DNA of 64,000 bases, taken from contig CP128817.1 in the NCBI GenBank assembly GCA_051546255.1, positions 1,612,001-1,676,000 of the forward strand, read 5' to 3'. A program made the translations under genes and the position numbers. The DNA comes from Meyerozyma guilliermondii. Its lineage: Eukaryota. Numbering within the stretch: the stretch's first letter is position 1; each line of letters opens with the position of its first letter. Positions 61,050 to 64,000 of the stretch are shown piece after piece. Below the pieces are notes generated by a model. The model saw only the letters and a list, made by a program, of their open reading frames with translations, ran no database searches and had not been told where the DNA came from.

Positions 61050-61131
61050 CGACAACTGCAGGACTCGAACCTGCGCGGGCATAGCCCAAAAGATTTCAAG
61101 TCTTTCTCCTTAACCACTCGGACAAGTTGCC
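61050..61131 (-). tRNA. tRNA-Ser(UGA), no intron
   Basis: GGCAACTTGTCCGAGTGGTTAAGGAGAAAGACTTGAAATCTTTTGGGCTATGCCCGCGCAGGTTCGAGTCCTGCAGTTGTCG; long variable arm GGGC-TAT-GCCC; G73; T7 terminator at 61042-61036. Confidence 0.96.
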
Positions 61132-61482
61132 TAATCACGTTTTTTTTAAAGCAGAGCCGTTTATCAATCTCTTTGAAAAAATCTGAAAATAAGACTCGAA
61201 CCCACGCATTAAGTTTTTGGCGCGGAAAAGCCTAAAATCCTGGGGGACTTTCACAAAATTGCGAAAATCGGGTCAGACTCGCTCAAATCGGGTCTCATAA
61301 CTAGACTCAATGCGACATATGCAGGAAAATCTGCGTTTGTTAAGTTACTATCATACTTCAATTCCACCACCTTTCATTTTTTGGACCTATACTCGAGAGT
61401 AATTTTTCTTCCTACATTATCTATGCAATAGAACCATAAGTTCAATAGAATCTTGTCCCTTTCTAGCATTTTCATACCTATA

Positions 61483-63300
61483 ATGGCCGATACAGAATGG
61501 GAAGAGCTCACTGATGAGCAAGGAAACACATACTACTACAATTCTGTGACCCAAGAAACCACCTGGACGAAGCCTGGATCCATTGGAGACTGGCTGGTCT
61601 ACACCACAGACGATGGACGCGAGTACTACTATAATGAAAAGACCCAGGAAACCACTTGGGAAAAACCAGATGGGCTCGTTGTCAATGAAGATATAAAGCT
61701 AGATGAAGAAGGAGCTGAGGAGACTCTAAACGACCTCGATCGTGAATTGCAACAGAAACCAATCCAGCCGTCACCGATTCAACAAAAAATAGCAGAAGTG
61801 CAGCCAAATAGTCGAGATAATTTTATTCAGTTGTTGAGTGATAATTCTGTCGATTCCACCTGGTCGTTTCAAAAAGTCATGTCCAGGTTTATCAAGGAAC
61901 CAGCATACTGGGCTGTGGAAGACTCTCTCGAAAGAAAAAAGATTTACGATGAGTTCTTAGACTCGAGGCTCAGAAACGACATCTCCAATAAAGAAGCAGT
62001 AGTACAAAAGTTCAAAACAGATTTTGTTGCATTATTGGAATCTTACAGAAACGACGACAAAATCAATACAAACACGCGCTGGATCTCCATTAAGCGAAAA
62101 TTAATAGATGAAGAAAACCCCATCTTCACCCACACGGTGCTTTCCGATGCTGAAATTTCTAATATTTACTACGAATTTATCAATGAAACTCGCCACGCTG
62201 AGCAAGAAGAGGTACAAAAGAAGAAGAAACAAGCGCTAGACGAACTAGAGTCCTATTTGACCAAGGTAAATACCAATCTTGTCACCTCAAGCAAAGACTG
62301 GAACCAATTGTACGACCGTCTTCAAAACGACTCCAGATTTCAAGCCAACAAGCATTTCAAAGATTTGGACAAACTCGATATCCTTGACCTTTACATGTCC
62401 AAGATATTTCCTATTACTGTGCAGAAGCTCCGTGACGAGCTTCAAACCGTGGAAAAGGCTAACCATCGCCAGGATCGAAAGGCACGTTCAAATTTCAAAA
62501 AGTTTTTGAGCCTGCTCAAGATCACAGCCTCAACTCTATTCAAGGACATGGTACCTATTTTTGAGGAGAATGACGCATATATAGAGCTTTGTGGTCGAAA
62601 GGGATCACTGCCATTGGAGCTTTTCTGGGATGTGGTCGATGAGGCATACCAGGCAATTAAATTCCGAAAAGATTTAGTGGAAGGCTACTTTCTCGATATG
62701 AGACGTCATGATCCGGTCACCTATGATTATCAGAACCTTCTTCAGTCATTTGGTCACTTTACTGAAGTCATACGCAACTCTAATGACGACCGATTATCTA
62801 CCATCAAGCTGCTTCCACAAGAAGAATTGCAAACCGTTTATTCCGCAATTAAACAAGACCACGAAAAATTACAAGAAAGCTTGAAAAAGGCCAACGAAGA
62901 GAAGATTCTAGTGCAAGCTGGCGTTTTGGCTAGATGGTTGAGCGAGCATTACACTCAACTTGATTATATCAATGTCAGCGACGAAGAAAATGAAGCAGCA
63001 ATCAGAATCAGTTCCAAACTAAACCTCATCAGCGCTGATTACGAAGCACTCAAGGGCCAATTGTCGTCTGTGGAAGAGTTTGAAATACTACAACAGTTAT
63101 GTCAGAGCTCAGAAGACACTCAACAATCATTATCAGTTGCGCTAGAAAAAGCTGTAACGGAACTCATCAAACTTCTTCAAGAAAAGTCATTTTTCAAAGA
63201 AACCACATCACGAAAACGTGAAAATTCCAACACGCATGATCTGGAACCAAAACGTCCTAAACCCACTCCCAAAGTTAATCCAGTCGTTATCAACTACTGA
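61483..63300 (+). CDS. PRP40: U1 snRNP protein Prp40 (two WW domains plus FF domains)
   Basis: WEELTDEQGNTYYYNSVTQETTWTKP; WLVYTTDDGREYYYNEKTQETTWEKP; FF repeats VDSTWSF, NTRW. ATG at 61483. Confidence 0.93.
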   Translation: MADTEWEELTDEQGNTYYYNSVTQETTWTKPGSIGDWLVYTTDDGREYYYNEKTQETTWEKPDGLVVNEDIKLDEEGAEETLNDLDRELQQKPIQPSPIQQKIAEVQPNSRDNFIQLLSDNSVDSTWSFQKVMSRFIKEPAYWAVEDSLERKKIYDEFLDSRLRNDISNKEAVVQKFKTDFVALLESYRNDDKINTNTRWISIKRKLIDEENPIFTHTVLSDAEISNIYYEFINETRHAEQEEVQKKKKQALDELESYLTKVNTNLVTSSKDWNQLYDRLQNDSRFQANKHFKDLDKLDILDLYMSKIFPITVQKLRDELQTVEKANHRQDRKARSNFKKFLSLLKITASTLFKDMVPIFEENDAYIELCGRKGSLPLELFWDVVDEAYQAIKFRKDLVEGYFLDMRRHDPVTYDYQNLLQSFGHFTEVIRNSNDDRLSTIKLLPQEELQTVYSAIKQDHEKLQESLKKANEEKILVQAGVLARWLSEHYTQLDYINVSDEENEAAIRISSKLNLISADYEALKGQLSSVEEFEILQQLCQSSEDTQQSLSVALEKAVTELIKLLQEKSFFKETTSRKRENSNTHDLEPKRPKPTPKVNPVVINY

Positions 63301-63374
63301 CCCCATTACTCCTATATAGTTCCTGTATACAGCGTCTAGTTATGAAGCTCCAAATCTCACCAACTCCAACAAGG

Positions 63375-63936
63375 ATGGTAAGTACCAGCTGGTTCCAATC
63401 GACGAATACGCAAGCTAACGCAGTCGCAATCATTGAAGCCATATCTCACAGCTGTGCGCTCCTCGCTCACGGCAGCAATGTGTTTGGAAGACTTTTCCTC
63501 GCAATTGGTTGAAAGACATAATCGGCCCGAAATCGAGGTTGATAACACCCACAATCCGGAATTGGTGTTAAATCCAATGGTGATAGCCAGAAACGAGAAC
63601 GAGAAGATTCTCATCGAACCATCGGTCAATTCGGTTAGAGTTTCTATTAAAATAAAGCAAGCTGATGAAATCGAACAAATCTTGGTACACCAGTTTACCA
63701 GATTTTTGACGTCAAGAGCAGAGAATTTTTTCATATTACGGAGAGTTCCCATTGCGGGCTACGATATCTCGTTCTTGATCACCAACTTCCACACAGAACA
63801 GATGTTGAAGGACAAATTGGTGGACTTCATTATAGAGTTCATGGAGGAGGTGGACAAGGAAATCAGTGAAATGAAGTTGTTTTTGAACGCTCGAGCCCGT
63901 GTGATCGCCGAGGCTTACTTGACTCCCTTCGACTAG
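63375..63936 (+). CDS. ARC19: Arp2/3 complex subunit 4, two exons: join(63375..63377, 63424..63936), 171 aa
   Basis: Spliced product [16 protein letters not shown]...[10 protein letters not shown]...[12 protein letters not shown]...[17 protein letters not shown]. Confidence 0.96.
63378..63423 (+). other. 46-nt intron directly after the ARC19 start codon
   Basis: ATG|GTAAGT...GCTAAC-GCAG|TCGCAATCATTG; the track could only start this ORF at TTG. Confidence 0.9.
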
Positions 63937-64000
63937 GTTTTAACGTCTACAATAAAAGTATATTATGTAACAGTCGTTGTCTCGTTTGTAGATTAGCCAA

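Noticed and set aside
60998..61138. N-terminal extension of the 213-aa ORF; also ORFs 2674..2908
   Set aside because: These are translations of the tRNA-Ser and tRNA-His genes.

Overview
Gene-dense fungal (budding-yeast) nuclear chromosome segment. Conserved Ser positions in several proteins are encoded by CTG, so this is a CUG-Ser clade yeast (a Meyerozyma/Debaryomyces-like identity is an inference). About 39 protein genes: FGGY kinase (partial), BUR6, SEN2, VPS30, EMP70, RGT1, an ARG81-family Zn cluster, a BTB protein, GPP1, a secreted EEP hydrolase, an MCH-type MFS, VMA16, RPN1, ECM25, RBF1, SPE4, an STP factor, RMP1, ACL4, another Zn cluster, CWC15, SPA2, MRPL15, ROK1, ATP20, TMS1, ELP4, MCM4, INA17, a TMEM115-like gene, TRS85, RAX2, VPS10, POP8, PRP40, ARC19 and two orphan ORFs, plus tRNA-His(GUG) and tRNA-Ser(UGA). 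Features the ORF track misses: a box C/D snoRNA (snR79-like) inside a 5'-leader intron of SEN2, whose splicing creates a 4-codon uORF over the SEN2 start; and 46-nt (ARC19) and 50-nt (POP8) introns. The best novelty candidates are an orphan ORF with a canonical eIF4E-binding motif between tRNA-Ser and POP8, an orphan RVxF/CDK-site coiled-coil protein sharing the MCM4 promoter, a secreted EEP hydrolase, and a pentapeptide tandem array in Spa2. No mobile elements, rRNA or CRISPR were seen. Gene identities come from recognising motifs, not from database searches.
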